From Planctomycetota bacterium (GTDB taxonomy: Bacteria > Planctomycetota > B15-G4 > JADJEK01): a DNA stretch of 46,804 nt. The position numbers and the translations under genes were made by a program. The notes below the pieces were generated by a model. The model was not told the DNA's origin. It did no database searches and worked only from the letters and a program-made list of their open reading frames with translations. Where the stretch lies: the NCBI GenBank assembly GCA_044225365.1, contig JBGAIQ010000045.1, positions 1 through 46,804 on the forward strand, given 5' to 3'. Numbering within the stretch: position 1 is the first letter of the stretch; each line of letters begins with the position of its first letter. Shown in pieces: positions 36,779 through 46,738 of the stretch.

Positions 36779-39700
36779 ATGAGAGACACGATGAGCGACT
36801 TCCCCAACTACCTCGACGCCGACCTCCGCGACCACGATCGCTTCGTGCGAAAGCTCGCGGCGCGCCTCGTCGCCAAGGACGACGCCGACGACGTCGCGCA
36901 GGACGCGTGGCTCGTCCTGCTCTCGCGGGCGAAACCCGGCGAGGCCTCGCTGCGCGGCTGGCTCACGGGCATCGTGCGGACGCTCGCTCGCGCAAACGCG
37001 CGCGAGAACTCCGCCAGGGCGCAGCGGACGCCTTCCGCGCTTCCTGACGCCGAGCCGCCCGCGAACGATGGGCGAACTCCCGAAAACCTCGTCGCCAAGA
37101 CCGAGCTCGAGCAGAGGCTGCTCGCCGCGGTGCTCGCGCTCCCCGAGCCGCGCCGCTCGATCGTGCTGCTGCGCTTCCGTGAGGACCTCACGTCGGCGCA
37201 GATCGGCGCCAAGCTCGGCCTGCCCGAAGGCACGGTGCGCTGGCACCTGAAGGCCGCGCTCGAGGAGCTGCGGCTGCGCCTCGACGCGGAGCACGGGGGA
37301 AGGCGCGACGCATGGGCGCCCGTCGTCCGCTCGCTCTTCGGGTTCGACGCGTCGACCTCACTCACGTCCACCTTGGGAGTCACTCTCGCCGTGAACTCGA
37401 AATTGGTCACCTCCATCGTGATCGCCGCGGCGGTCGTCCTTGCGTTCGTTCTCTCGTCACGCGTCGAGGACACGCGGGCGGACTCCGCGATCTCGGCGGT
37501 GAGCGAGGCGCCCGGCCTTCCCGCTCCAGGCGATGCGATCGCCATCGATCGCACTTCGATCGAGCCCCCGTCGACTCCCGCGTCCCTCGCCAAAGGACGA
37601 TTGCACATCGTCGGACGCTGCGTCGATTCCCGAGGGTCGGCGATCGCGGGAGTCGCGATCGCGCTCGGGAACTTCGATCGGAGCGCCGGCGGATGGAACG
37701 AAGGTGTTCGGGAGCCCCAAACGAGCGGCGAAGACGGACGATTCGCGTGCGATGCAGCTTTCGTCGACGGCAGACCGCGAGAGCAGTGGCTGCGATTCAC
37801 GCGGCGTGATCGGGTTCCCCGCATCGTTTCGACCCTCGATCCTCATGGCGACCAAGTCGATCTCGGCGATGTCGAACTCGAACTCGGCGCCGTCGTCGGC
37901 GGAACCGTCGTCGATGGTGCGGGCAAGCCCGTCGCGGGCGCTAGCGTCGTCGCGGACGGGAAGGAGGTCCCTCGAGAGTACTGGCCCATCATGGGAGTTC
38001 TCGACAGCGAGTCTCCGAGCACGACGACCGACTCGGCCGGTTCCTTCCACTTCGAGGGGCTCGCGCCAGGGATCGTCTTCGTCGTGGCGGGCGCGGATGA
38101 TTGCTTCTTCCGCTGGTCCGAGCCGTTGCCGCTCGCTCCAGGCGACGAGTTGCGAAACGTCGAGATCGTGCTCGAAAACCTCGGTGACAACCGGATCGAG
38201 GGAGTTTGCCTCGATGCGACGGGAGCGCCGATTCCGCGCGCCCGGTTGACCGCGAGTTGGTCGACCCGACCCGGAAGCAGCAGCTCTCATTCGGTGGTGG
38301 CCGACGCCCATGGCCACTTCGTCGATCGCATCGTCGATCCGGTGCCTCACTCCTACTCGCTCCAGCGCGACGAGCAGATCGTGATCGCGAAGGACGTCGC
38401 GCCCGGCACGCGAAACGTTGTGCTCTCACTCGAGGCGCGACCCATGATGGTCCTGCACGTGCGCGACGCTGAGAGGGGAAAGCCCGTCGCCGAGTTCCGC
38501 GCATCGCTCAGTCAGGAACTCTTTCACGGGTCGTGGACCGGGGGCAGCGTGAAACCGGATCCGACGGTCCCGGGCGACGCCCGCTTCGCGCGGCCGACGC
38601 TCCCTTGGCGTCTCTCCATCGAGGCCGCCGGATACCGTTACCTGATGCTCGGGCCTTTCGAGCCCGATGAAACCGCGCCGGAGATCGTGGCCGATCTCGT
38701 CGTCGACGAGACCGTCGTGCCGTCCGCCCAAGTGGCCACGATCCACGGAATCGTACATGGCCCGACGGGACCCTTGCCGCGCGCGCGCATCGGTTCGTTT
38801 CCGACCACCGCGTACGAGATGGCCGGATTCACGGTGCGCGCGATCGTCGCGGGATCCGCAACCCCCGGGGCATGGGGAGCATCCGGGCCGAGCGGCGGTC
38901 CGATCGAGACCGACGAAGCGGGCCGGTTCGAGCTCTCGCCGAAGAACGACGGGAAGCCCTTCCTGTTGATTGCGGAAGCCGAGGGATTCGGTAGCGCCAC
39001 GGCCGGCCCCTTCGGACCCGGCATGGAACCGGCGCCCGACCCGCTCGTCATGACGCTGCCGCTTCCTGGATCGATCGAGGGCCGCGTCGAATCCGACTCC
39101 GGGACTCGGACCGCGGGAATCGTCGTGGCCGCGTCCGGCGAACTCGGCAAACCGCGCTTCACGCGGACGGACTCTCGAGGCGCGTATCGATTCGACGGAC
39201 TCACTCCCGGCCCATGGCAGGTCGAGTTGCGCCCGCAAAGCGGCGAGGCCGCACGCCTCGATCGTTATGCGAGCCTTCCCGCGAACACCAGGATCCCCTC
39301 GAACTGCGTCGTCGTTGCGGGGCAGAGCACGCGCTTCGATCTCGCGCTGCGCGAATCTTCACCGCCGAGGATCTCTGGTCGCGTGGCGGCATCGACGATC
39401 GCGCGATCCGCGCGCACGGTCCTTGCGTTCCGTGAGAAGGACCGTGCGGCCGTGCTGAGCCGCTTCGCGTCGAGGAAGTATTTGAACCTCTCCGAATGGG
39501 ATTCCCAGGCGACTGCCCAAGTCCTTCCCGACGGGACCTACCGTCTCGACGTCGATCGACCCGCCATCTACCGGATCGTCCTGATCGACAAAGGTGTCGG
39601 GGGACGCGGATCGTCGCGAATCGAGGTGCTCCGCGACGTGACGGCGGGAACGAACGCCGTGGATTTCGGAACGGCTTTCGGCCGCATCGAAGGTCGGATC

Positions 39701-39913
39701 GAAGATCGATCCAATTCGCGCGCCGTCGCCGATCGGGTCGTCGAGTGGCGCGTGCTACTGTCGCCGACCGTGCTCGCGACGGGAACGAGCCGCGCCCAGG
39801 CGGACGGTCGCTTTGCCCTCGAATCGGTCCCCGAAGGCGCCGTCGAGGTCAGCATTCTCGATACCTGGCAGACGATCGACGTCCGCGCGGGCGCCACCGC
39901 GACGCTGCCGTGA
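36779..39913 (+). CDS. ECF sigma factor fused to a transmembrane helix and carboxypeptidase-regulatory-like repeats
   Basis: sigma2 ADDVAQDAW…LRGWL, sigma4 RRSIVLLRFREDL…LGLPEGTVRWHL; transmembrane IVIAAAVVLAFVL; repeats; start 36779 or 36791. Confidence 0.88.
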   Translation: MRDTMSDFPNYLDADLRDHDRFVRKLAARLVAKDDADDVAQDAWLVLLSRAKPGEASLRGWLTGIVRTLARANARENSARAQRTPSALPDAEPPANDGRTPENLVAKTELEQRLLAAVLALPEPRRSIVLLRFREDLTSAQIGAKLGLPEGTVRWHLKAALEELRLRLDAEHGGRRDAWAPVVRSLFGFDASTSLTSTLGVTLAVNSKLVTSIVIAAAVVLAFVLSSRVEDTRADSAISAVSEAPGLPAPGDAIAIDRTSIEPPSTPASLAKGRLHIVGRCVDSRGSAIAGVAIALGNFDRSAGGWNEGVREPQTSGEDGRFACDAAFVDGRPREQWLRFTRRDRVPRIVSTLDPHGDQVDLGDVELELGAVVGGTVVDGAGKPVAGASVVADGKEVPREYWPIMGVLDSESPSTTTDSAGSFHFEGLAPGIVFVVAGADDCFFRWSEPLPLAPGDELRNVEIVLENLGDNRIEGVCLDATGAPIPRARLTASWSTRPGSSSSHSVVADAHGHFVDRIVDPVPHSYSLQRDEQIVIAKDVAPGTRNVVLSLEARPMMVLHVRDAERGKPVAEFRASLSQELFHGSWTGGSVKPDPTVPGDARFARPTLPWRLSIEAAGYRYLMLGPFEPDETAPEIVADLVVDETVVPSAQVATIHGIVHGPTGPLPRARIGSFPTTAYEMAGFTVRAIVAGSATPGAWGASGPSGGPIETDEAGRFELSPKNDGKPFLLIAEAEGFGSATAGPFGPGMEPAPDPLVMTLPLPGSIEGRVESDSGTRTAGIVVAASGELGKPRFTRTDSRGAYRFDGLTPGPWQVELRPQSGEAARLDRYASLPANTRIPSNCVVVAGQSTRFDLALRESSPPRISGRVAASTIARSARTVLAFREKDRAAVLSRFASRKYLNLSEWDSQATAQVLPDGTYRLDVDRPAIYRIVLIDKGVGGRGSSRIEVLRDVTAGTNAVDFGTAFGRIEGRIEDRSNSRAVADRVVEWRVLLSPTVLATGTSRAQADGRFALESVPEGAVEVSILDTWQTIDVRAGATATLP

Positions 39914-39962
39914 TCTCGAAGTCCGGAGAATATCGACCAACGCAAAGCGCGTCGGCGGGAAC

Positions 39963-42900
39963 ATGGGGACGATGGAACCCATGCACGACGCCGCCGGAGA
40001 GGATCTGCGAGCCCATGACCGCTTCGTCCGGCGACTCGCGCAACGCCTGGTGACGAACGCGGACGATGCGGACGACGTCGCGCAAGACGCGTGGGTCGTC
40101 GCGTTGACTCGCGAGTGGCCGAAGACGGCCGCGTTCGGAGCGTGGCTCGCCGGGATCGCGCGCAACGTGTCATGGCATCGGCATCGAGATCGGGCCAGGG
40201 CCGCCGCACGCGCCCATGGATTGGGCGAAGACTGCGAGGTTATCGACTCGAACTCGCCTCTCGATCTCGTGGCCCGCATCGAACTCGAGCGACGACTTCT
40301 CGATCGCGTTCTCGCGCTCTCCGAGCCGCGCCGCTCCATCGTGCTGCTGCGTCTTCGCGAGGACCTCACGTCGGCGCAGGTGGGCGCCAAGTTGGGCTTG
40401 CCCGAAGGCACGGTGCGCTGGCACCTGAAGGCCGCGCTCGAGGAACTGCGGGCGCGCCTCGACGCGGAGCACGAGGGGAAGCGGCATGCCTGGTGGCCGG
40501 GGCTCCTCGAGATCGCGACGCGGGCGGCGGGTCCCGAGCAAATCGGGCGCCTTCTGCCGCCGACACATGCTCAGCCGTGGGTCCTGCGTCTCCTCTCGAA
40601 GTCATTCCAAGGACTGCTCGCAATGAAGATCCAAGGCTCGATCGCGGCTCTCGCAATGGCGACGATCGTCGCTGTCGCATTCATCGAATTGGAATCGGGC
40701 GAGACCGAGAGCGCGAGGCGGGCGGAGTCGCGGAGCGCGAGCCCCACCGCCGCGCCGCTCTTGCAGGACGATGCGGCCGCAACGGTCGATCGCACCCGCG
40801 AGGGCGCGACGCCCGCGACGACGGCGAGCGCGACGATCCCCGCCCTCACGATCGTGGGGCGCTGCGTCGACGAACTCGGTGCGCCGCTCCCGGACGTCGC
40901 CGTCCTGCTCGGATTCGCGGAGAGCGAGCCTTCGATCGCGGAGCACGCGAGCGTCGATCCGACGACGACGGGCGCGGATGGCAGATTCCGAATGGGAGTC
41001 GATCCCCCGGCAGGCGCGCCCGCCGCGCAGGTCGTGCGTTTCGCCAAGGACGGCCGGATCCCGCGCATCCTCTCGACCTTCGAGCCCATCGGCGAGAGCG
41101 TCGACCTCGGCGACATCGTGCTCGAGCCCGGTCTCTCGATCGAAGGACGGGTCGTCGATGACCACGGTCGACCGGTCGCGGGCGCGACGATCTCTACCTC
41201 CACGGAATTCGAATTCAGCCCATTCTCGCGAGAGACCGACGGGCTCGAGCTCAGCGCCATCACGACGCAAACCGATGAGGGCGGTCGCTTCCGGCTCGAG
41301 GGGCTCTCACCCGGTTGGGTTCTCGTCGTCGCCAACGCGCGCGACTACGTGATCACGCCCTCGGCGCCGATCGGTCTCGAGAAGAATCGGCCCGTGCATG
41401 GCGTCGAGATCGTGCTTCCTTCGCTCGGCGAGCGGCGGATCGAAGGGCGCTGCCTCGACGAGCTCGGCAATCCGGTTCCGCATGCAAATCTGTCCGACAG
41501 CTTCCACGTCGGGAACGCGGGCGGCTCGCGGGGAATCGAGACCGACCCCGATGGACGCTTCCACATCCGAACGCTCGAACCCGTGCCCCATCTCTTGACG
41601 TTCGAGCATGAAGGCCAGGTCGTCAGCGCCGCGGACGTGATGCCGGGGACGCTCGACGTCGTGTTGCAGATCGCGCCCGCCCCGCGCGCGCAGCTCCGGG
41701 TGCGCGACCGTGCGAGCGGCGAACCGATCGAAGCGTTCGAAGCCGAAGTCTGGCAGTTCGTGGCGGAGGGCCTGGGTTCGAGTGTTTCCGTTCCTGGATC
41801 GAATCATCCCGGCGGCAAGGCGAGTTTCGTGCGTCCGAGCGCGCGATGCCGCGTCGAGGTACGAGCGCCCGGCTATCTCGACGGCGCTTCTCCGGAGTTC
41901 GAGCCGGACGTGATCCCCAGTGAGATCGTGATGGATCTCGCGCCCGCCGCGCCCATCCGCGGAATCGTGCAGGCGAACGGCGTCGCGGTCGCTGACGCCC
42001 GCGTCGTGTTGCTCGACGCCAGCGGTTCCATGGAGGAACTCGGATTCGTCATTCGCGCCGCGATCCCGTACGGAGGCGAATCGTCGGCGATCACGTCGGC
42101 GGATGGCCGTTTCGCGATCCGTGGCATGGGACTTGGGCCGCGGATCTTCGTGCGCGCCGAAGCGAAGGGCTACGCCGCCACGCAGGTCGGGCCGTTCGAA
42201 TGGCCAACTGGGATTCTCCCCGATCCGATCGTCGTCGATCTCTCTCGTGGAGGTTCGATCGAGGGCGAAGTAAGGGTCGCCAAGGATCGCTCGCGGACCG
42301 GCATCGCCGTCGCGGCTTCGAACGGATTTGGGAAGCCGCTGCTGACGCGGACCGATGCGCGCGGCGCGTTTCACTTCGTAAATCTGACGCCGGGTCCATG
42401 GGAGGTGGAGCTTCGCACCGAGGAGCCCGATCCGCGGTTCCTGGGCCGGCGCATCGGATCGCCATCGAATGCGCCCATTCCGTCGAACTGCACGGTGGTC
42501 GCCGACGCAACGACTCGCATCGACCTCACCATGGACGAGACCGGCGCCCGAATCTCCGGCCGCGTCGTCTCGAAGGCCGCGCTCGCGCCCGGATTCGTCG
42601 TGACCGCCTACCCTATCGTGGACCGTGAGGTGTTCGCGGCGCGATCCAAATCGCATTCCGCGAAGGATCCCGAATGGGTGGAAGGCGCGATCCGCGCGCC
42701 CGTGCTCCCCGATGGCTCGTTCGACCTCGATGTCCGATCGATGACGTGCTGTCGACTCGTCCTCTCCGACGAGATCCGATCGTTCTCTCCGACCGTGAGG
42801 ATCGAGGCTCTCGTCGATCTCGCGCCGGGACGAAACCGCTTCGACTTCGAGGCGCGATTCGGTCGCATCGAGATACCTGCGGCGGCGAAGGCCGACGCGA

Positions 42901-43094
42901 AGGCCGTCGGCAGCGACCGGGTGGAATGGTGGAAAGGATCGTCCCTGACGTGCTTCGCAGCGGGCGAAGGCTACCGCCGCGCCGATGGCGGCCTCACACT
43001 CGAGTTCGTTCCCGAGGGCGCGGTGGACGTGCGGATCGACGGAGTCTGGACCACGGTGAACGTCCGCGAGGGCGAGACCACGCGGATCGACTGA
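39963..43094 (+). CDS. ECF sigma factor fusion, tandem paralog of 36779-39913
   Basis: Same architecture and colinear motifs (IVGRCVD, DLGD-x-x-LE, GKP-x-x-TRTD, LTPGPW-x-VELR, IPSNC, VPEGAV). Confidence 0.88.
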   Translation: MGTMEPMHDAAGEDLRAHDRFVRRLAQRLVTNADDADDVAQDAWVVALTREWPKTAAFGAWLAGIARNVSWHRHRDRARAAARAHGLGEDCEVIDSNSPLDLVARIELERRLLDRVLALSEPRRSIVLLRLREDLTSAQVGAKLGLPEGTVRWHLKAALEELRARLDAEHEGKRHAWWPGLLEIATRAAGPEQIGRLLPPTHAQPWVLRLLSKSFQGLLAMKIQGSIAALAMATIVAVAFIELESGETESARRAESRSASPTAAPLLQDDAAATVDRTREGATPATTASATIPALTIVGRCVDELGAPLPDVAVLLGFAESEPSIAEHASVDPTTTGADGRFRMGVDPPAGAPAAQVVRFAKDGRIPRILSTFEPIGESVDLGDIVLEPGLSIEGRVVDDHGRPVAGATISTSTEFEFSPFSRETDGLELSAITTQTDEGGRFRLEGLSPGWVLVVANARDYVITPSAPIGLEKNRPVHGVEIVLPSLGERRIEGRCLDELGNPVPHANLSDSFHVGNAGGSRGIETDPDGRFHIRTLEPVPHLLTFEHEGQVVSAADVMPGTLDVVLQIAPAPRAQLRVRDRASGEPIEAFEAEVWQFVAEGLGSSVSVPGSNHPGGKASFVRPSARCRVEVRAPGYLDGASPEFEPDVIPSEIVMDLAPAAPIRGIVQANGVAVADARVVLLDASGSMEELGFVIRAAIPYGGESSAITSADGRFAIRGMGLGPRIFVRAEAKGYAATQVGPFEWPTGILPDPIVVDLSRGGSIEGEVRVAKDRSRTGIAVAASNGFGKPLLTRTDARGAFHFVNLTPGPWEVELRTEEPDPRFLGRRIGSPSNAPIPSNCTVVADATTRIDLTMDETGARISGRVVSKAALAPGFVVTAYPIVDREVFAARSKSHSAKDPEWVEGAIRAPVLPDGSFDLDVRSMTCCRLVLSDEIRSFSPTVRIEALVDLAPGRNRFDFEARFGRIEIPAAAKADAKAVGSDRVEWWKGSSLTCFAAGEGYRRADGGLTLEFVPEGAVDVRIDGVWTTVNVREGETTRID

Positions 43095-43166
43095 CGCCCC
43101 GCCGTCTGCGGGAACGCCCACCGCGTGGACAATGTTTTTTCCGGGTGATGCGGTACGCTCTCGTCG

Positions 43167-44099
43167 ATGCCACGCGTCATCCTCCTCGGCCCTCAACAAC
43201 CGATCCCCAGCCTCATCACGGCGGTCGATTCGCTCGGCATTCGCGGGCGCATCGCGGCGATCACGGCGGGATGGGAAGAACGCGAACTCGAAGACGACGA
43301 GCTGCGCGCCCATTTGCGCGGTCAGTCGTTCAACTTGCGGCTGTGGGAGCGCACCGAGGAGATCTTCGACCGCGATCCGGAATTGCTCGCGGGACTGCGG
43401 GTGCGCAAGGAACGCATCGCCCGACTGCAAGAGGTCTATCGGATGCGCCTCGGCCACGCGCAGGAAGCCGTGCGCGAGTTGCTCTCCGCGAAGGGCTTCG
43501 CCGAGGACCTCGAGCCCGAGCAGGACGATGCGGTCGAAACCGTGCGCCGCCTCGACGCGCATCAGGTCGCGCGCGTCAACGAAGTGAACCACTGGTTCGA
43601 CGAACGCTATCGACCGGCGGAACGCGATGACATCGTGCGCCATCGGACGGAGATCAAGCGGCTCGTCGATCAGGCCGAAGCGATCGCGATCGCGGGCGGA
43701 CACGTCGGAGTGCTCGTCACGCGCCTGCGTCTATTCGATATCGCCGCGCTCGCGAAGACCAAGCTCGTGATCGCGTGGTCCGCGGGCACGATGGCGATCG
43801 CCGAGCGCATCGTCCTGTTCCACGATTCGCCGCCGCAGGGCCAGGGCAAGGCCGAGGTGTTCGAGCCCGGCCTTGGTCTCTATCCGGGGCTCGTTCCCCT
43901 CCCCCATGCGCGGAAGCGACTTCGCCTGGACGATCCGCTGCGCGTGATGCGCCTCGTGCGGCGCTTCGAACCCGCGATCTGCGTACCGCTCGATCCGTTC
44001 GACCGTATCGACTACGACGGTGAGCGATTCCACTTCAGCCCGCGCACGCGACAGCTCGAGCGCGATGGTCGCGTCACTCTCGTGGGAGCGGGCTCATGA
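43167..44099 (+). CDS. Class I glutamine-amidotransferase-like / peptidase S51-like protein
   Basis: [18 protein letters not shown] nucleophile elbow, LPHAR; ATGA overlap with the next gene. Confidence 0.75.
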   Translation: MPRVILLGPQQPIPSLITAVDSLGIRGRIAAITAGWEERELEDDELRAHLRGQSFNLRLWERTEEIFDRDPELLAGLRVRKERIARLQEVYRMRLGHAQEAVRELLSAKGFAEDLEPEQDDAVETVRRLDAHQVARVNEVNHWFDERYRPAERDDIVRHRTEIKRLVDQAEAIAIAGGHVGVLVTRLRLFDIAALAKTKLVIAWSAGTMAIAERIVLFHDSPPQGQGKAEVFEPGLGLYPGLVPLPHARKRLRLDDPLRVMRLVRRFEPAICVPLDPFDRIDYDGERFHFSPRTRQLERDGRVTLVGAGS

Positions 44100-45256
44100 C
44101 GGCGACGAAGCTGCACGCGACGAACGCCGAACTCGAGGCGCTGCTCGCCGCGCCGCCTCTCTCGCGCGAAACGGTCGAGCGATTCCTCGCCGGCAAGAAG
44201 TTCCCCCTCGTCGACGGCGATATCGTCACCTTCGTCTTCCACGGTCGCGCCGATCGAATCGCGTTGCGACACTGGATCTTCGGGTTGCAGTCCTCGCAGA
44301 CGTTCTCGCGAGTGCCCGACTCCGACTTCTGGTTCTACGAACTGAAGCTGCCGGAGAAGTCGCGCGTCGAATACAAGATCGAAATCGAGCGCGGCGGCGC
44401 GACGAGCCTCATCACCGATCCGTTCAACCCGAACGTCGCGCACGATCCGTACGGCACGAATTCGGTCTGCTTCGGCCTGGGCTACGAGCACCCGGAGTGG
44501 ACGAACTTCGACGCCGAGGCGCGGCGCGGGAGTCTCGAGACGCTCGTGGTCAAGAGCGCGGCCCTCGGCGACGATCGCGTTTCGCGCATCTATCTCCCGG
44601 CGCGATTCCGCAGGCGTGCGCGCTACCCGCTCGTCGTGGCGCACGACGGCGACGACTACCTGCGATTCTCGGCGATGCAGACGGTGCTCGACAACCTGAT
44701 CCATCGGCTCGAGATCCCGCCGATGATCGTGGCGTTCACCAATCCGTCGAATCGGCTCGTCGAATACGCCCATCACGAACCGCACGCGCGATACCTCGTC
44801 GAGGAATTGCTGCCCGTGCTCGACAAGAAGTTCCCATTGATCGAGAGGGCGAATGGACGCGCGCTGCTCGGCGCGAGCTTCGGCGCCGTCTCCGCACTGT
44901 CGACGGCGTGGCGCTATCCCGGAAGGTTCGGAAACCTCTTCCTGCAGAGCGGCTCGTTCGGCTTCTACGACATCGGCGGCCATCATCGGGGGCCGCTCTT
45001 CGATCCCGTCGTCGCCTTCATCAACGAGTTCCGCAAGAACCCGGGACGACCGGCCGATCGCGCATTCGTGACGTGCGGCGTGTACGAGAGCCTCATCTAC
45101 GAGAACCGCTCGATCATTCCGATCTTCCAGTCGACGGGAATGGACGTGCGCTTCCAGGAAGCGCGCGACGGCCACAACTGGGAGAACTGGCGCGATCGCA
45201 TGCGCGACGGGTTGTCCTGGCTGTTCCCCGGCCCTTTGTGGTTCGTCTACGAATGA
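44096..45256 (+). CDS. Enterochelin esterase-like alpha/beta hydrolase
   Basis: N-terminal Ig-like domain (VTFVF…RVEYK…DPFNP), IYLP, HDG, GASFG nucleophile, [10 protein letters not shown]. Confidence 0.85.
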   Translation: MTATKLHATNAELEALLAAPPLSRETVERFLAGKKFPLVDGDIVTFVFHGRADRIALRHWIFGLQSSQTFSRVPDSDFWFYELKLPEKSRVEYKIEIERGGATSLITDPFNPNVAHDPYGTNSVCFGLGYEHPEWTNFDAEARRGSLETLVVKSAALGDDRVSRIYLPARFRRRARYPLVVAHDGDDYLRFSAMQTVLDNLIHRLEIPPMIVAFTNPSNRLVEYAHHEPHARYLVEELLPVLDKKFPLIERANGRALLGASFGAVSALSTAWRYPGRFGNLFLQSGSFGFYDIGGHHRGPLFDPVVAFINEFRKNPGRPADRAFVTCGVYESLIYENRSIIPIFQSTGMDVRFQEARDGHNWENWRDRMRDGLSWLFPGPLWFVYE

Positions 45257-46287
45257 AGCGCACGGTCACGATCTACACCGATGGCGGATGCGATCCGAAT
45301 CCCGGGCCCGGAGGCTACGGCGCCGTGCTGCTCGAGGACGGGGTTCCATCGCGTGAGCTCTGGGGCGGCGAGCCGGAAACCACGAACAACCGCATGGAGA
45401 TGACGGCGGCCGTCGAGGCGCTGAAAGCGTTGCCCGAAGGCTGTCGCGTCCACTTGTGGACCGACTCGCAGTACTTGAAGAACGGCATCACGAAGTGGCT
45501 CGCCGACTGGCGCGCGCGCGGCTGGGTCACGAAGTCGAAGGAGCCGGTGAAGAACCAGGACCTGTGGGAAGCGCTCGATCTCGAGATCTCGAAGCACGAG
45601 GTCTCCTGGCACTGGACGCGCGGCCATTCCGGCAACCGCTGGAACGAGCACGCCGACATGCTCGCGACGCGCGGCACGTCGGAAGCGCGGCGCACGAAGC
45701 GATCGTTCCGGAAGGGTTCGAGCGTCGACGACACCGGCGGCACGACGCTCGCCGCGATGGCGAGCCCCTCCTCCCCCGGGGACGCGGGCGAGCCCGATCC
45801 GGAGCCGATCGCATCGCCCTCGCCGGCTAAGGAAGACGCCGACGGGATCCACATCTACACGGGCATCTCGTTCTCCGGGGGAACGAAGCGCGGCGCGATC
45901 GCCGTGCGCATGCGCTTTCGCGGGATCGAGAAGACGTTCACGCGCGGCTACGCCGCCGAGAGCGCGAATCCGATCCATCTCCATTCGGCGATCGACGCCC
46001 TGAAAGCGCTGAAGCGACCCTCGAAGGTGCATCTCTACACGGTCTCCGATTACGTCGTGCTCGGCGTCACGCAGTGGATCAAGGGTTGGCGGGCACGCGG
46101 CTGGGTGACGAAGGGCGAGGGCGCCGTGAAGAACCGAAGGCTGTGGGAAGAGCTCGATCAGCTCAGCAAGCAGCACGAGATCCATTGGCACGTGGTCGGC
46201 AAGGACGCCGAAGTGCCGCCGGACCTGTTGCAGATGAAGCAGCTCGCGCACGATTCTCGCAGCGACGAACCCGCACCGAGCCCTTGA
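45253..46287 (+). CDS. rnhA: Ribonuclease HI followed by a second, degenerate RNase H domain (344 aa)
   Basis: [46 protein letters not shown]; then a Pro/Ser linker and a second copy (…GW…[11 protein letters not shown]…HEIHWH). Confidence 0.88.
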   Translation: MKRTVTIYTDGGCDPNPGPGGYGAVLLEDGVPSRELWGGEPETTNNRMEMTAAVEALKALPEGCRVHLWTDSQYLKNGITKWLADWRARGWVTKSKEPVKNQDLWEALDLEISKHEVSWHWTRGHSGNRWNEHADMLATRGTSEARRTKRSFRKGSSVDDTGGTTLAAMASPSSPGDAGEPDPEPIASPSPAKEDADGIHIYTGISFSGGTKRGAIAVRMRFRGIEKTFTRGYAAESANPIHLHSAIDALKALKRPSKVHLYTVSDYVVLGVTQWIKGWRARGWVTKGEGAVKNRRLWEELDQLSKQHEIHWHVVGKDAEVPPDLLQMKQLAHDSRSDEPAPSP

Positions 46288-46388
46288 GGGCGTCGATCGC
46301 GAACGATCGATGATTCGCAGAATCCTGGAACTTCGAACGCAATCGCGTTTCCTCGCTCCGTCGTTTCGTCGCACTCGTGGAGGCTCGC

Positions 46389-46733
46389 ATGCGTCGACCT
46401 TTGGCGGTTCTCGTGCTCGCGTTCGGAATCGGGATGCACCTGGCGCTCGCCGATTCGATTCCCATGCTCGCCCCGAAGCGGCCGCCCCAGCAACCTCCCG
46501 AGAAATCCATGGTCGCGGGGGCCGATGTGCCGCCCGAGCCGCGAGCGAAACCGACCGAGCCGAAACCGGAATCGCCCGCGAAGCCGCCCGCGCCGGATCC
46601 CTACGCCTCCGGTTCGACGGACCTCCTGCACGACAAGAAACTGCTCGGCGGCATCCTGCTCGTGATCGGCGTGTACCTAGCAATGCGCGTCTACCGTCGC
46701 CCCCCACCCCCGACGAGCGATTCGACCCCATGA
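46389..46733 (+). CDS. Small Pro-rich exported membrane protein
   Basis: GGAGG RBS; signal peptide ending ALA; Pro/Lys/Glu linker; C-terminal transmembrane helix followed by RVYRR. Confidence 0.65.
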   Translation: MRRPLAVLVLAFGIGMHLALADSIPMLAPKRPPQQPPEKSMVAGADVPPEPRAKPTEPKPESPAKPPAPDPYASGSTDLLHDKKLLGGILLVIGVYLAMRVYRRPPPPTSDSTP

Positions 46734-46738
46734 TCGGC

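Noticed and set aside
28811-37047. Long opposite-strand ORFs such as 28811-31648 and 33763-37047 (also 4043-6319, 13445-15781 and 41307-43703)
   Set aside because: They are shadows of well-supported genes, as expected at high GC, and contain no recognisable motifs.
44020-45252. A 755-aa RNase H fusion
   Set aside because: The upstream part overlaps the esterase in another frame; the real start is ATG 45253, overlapping the esterase stop.
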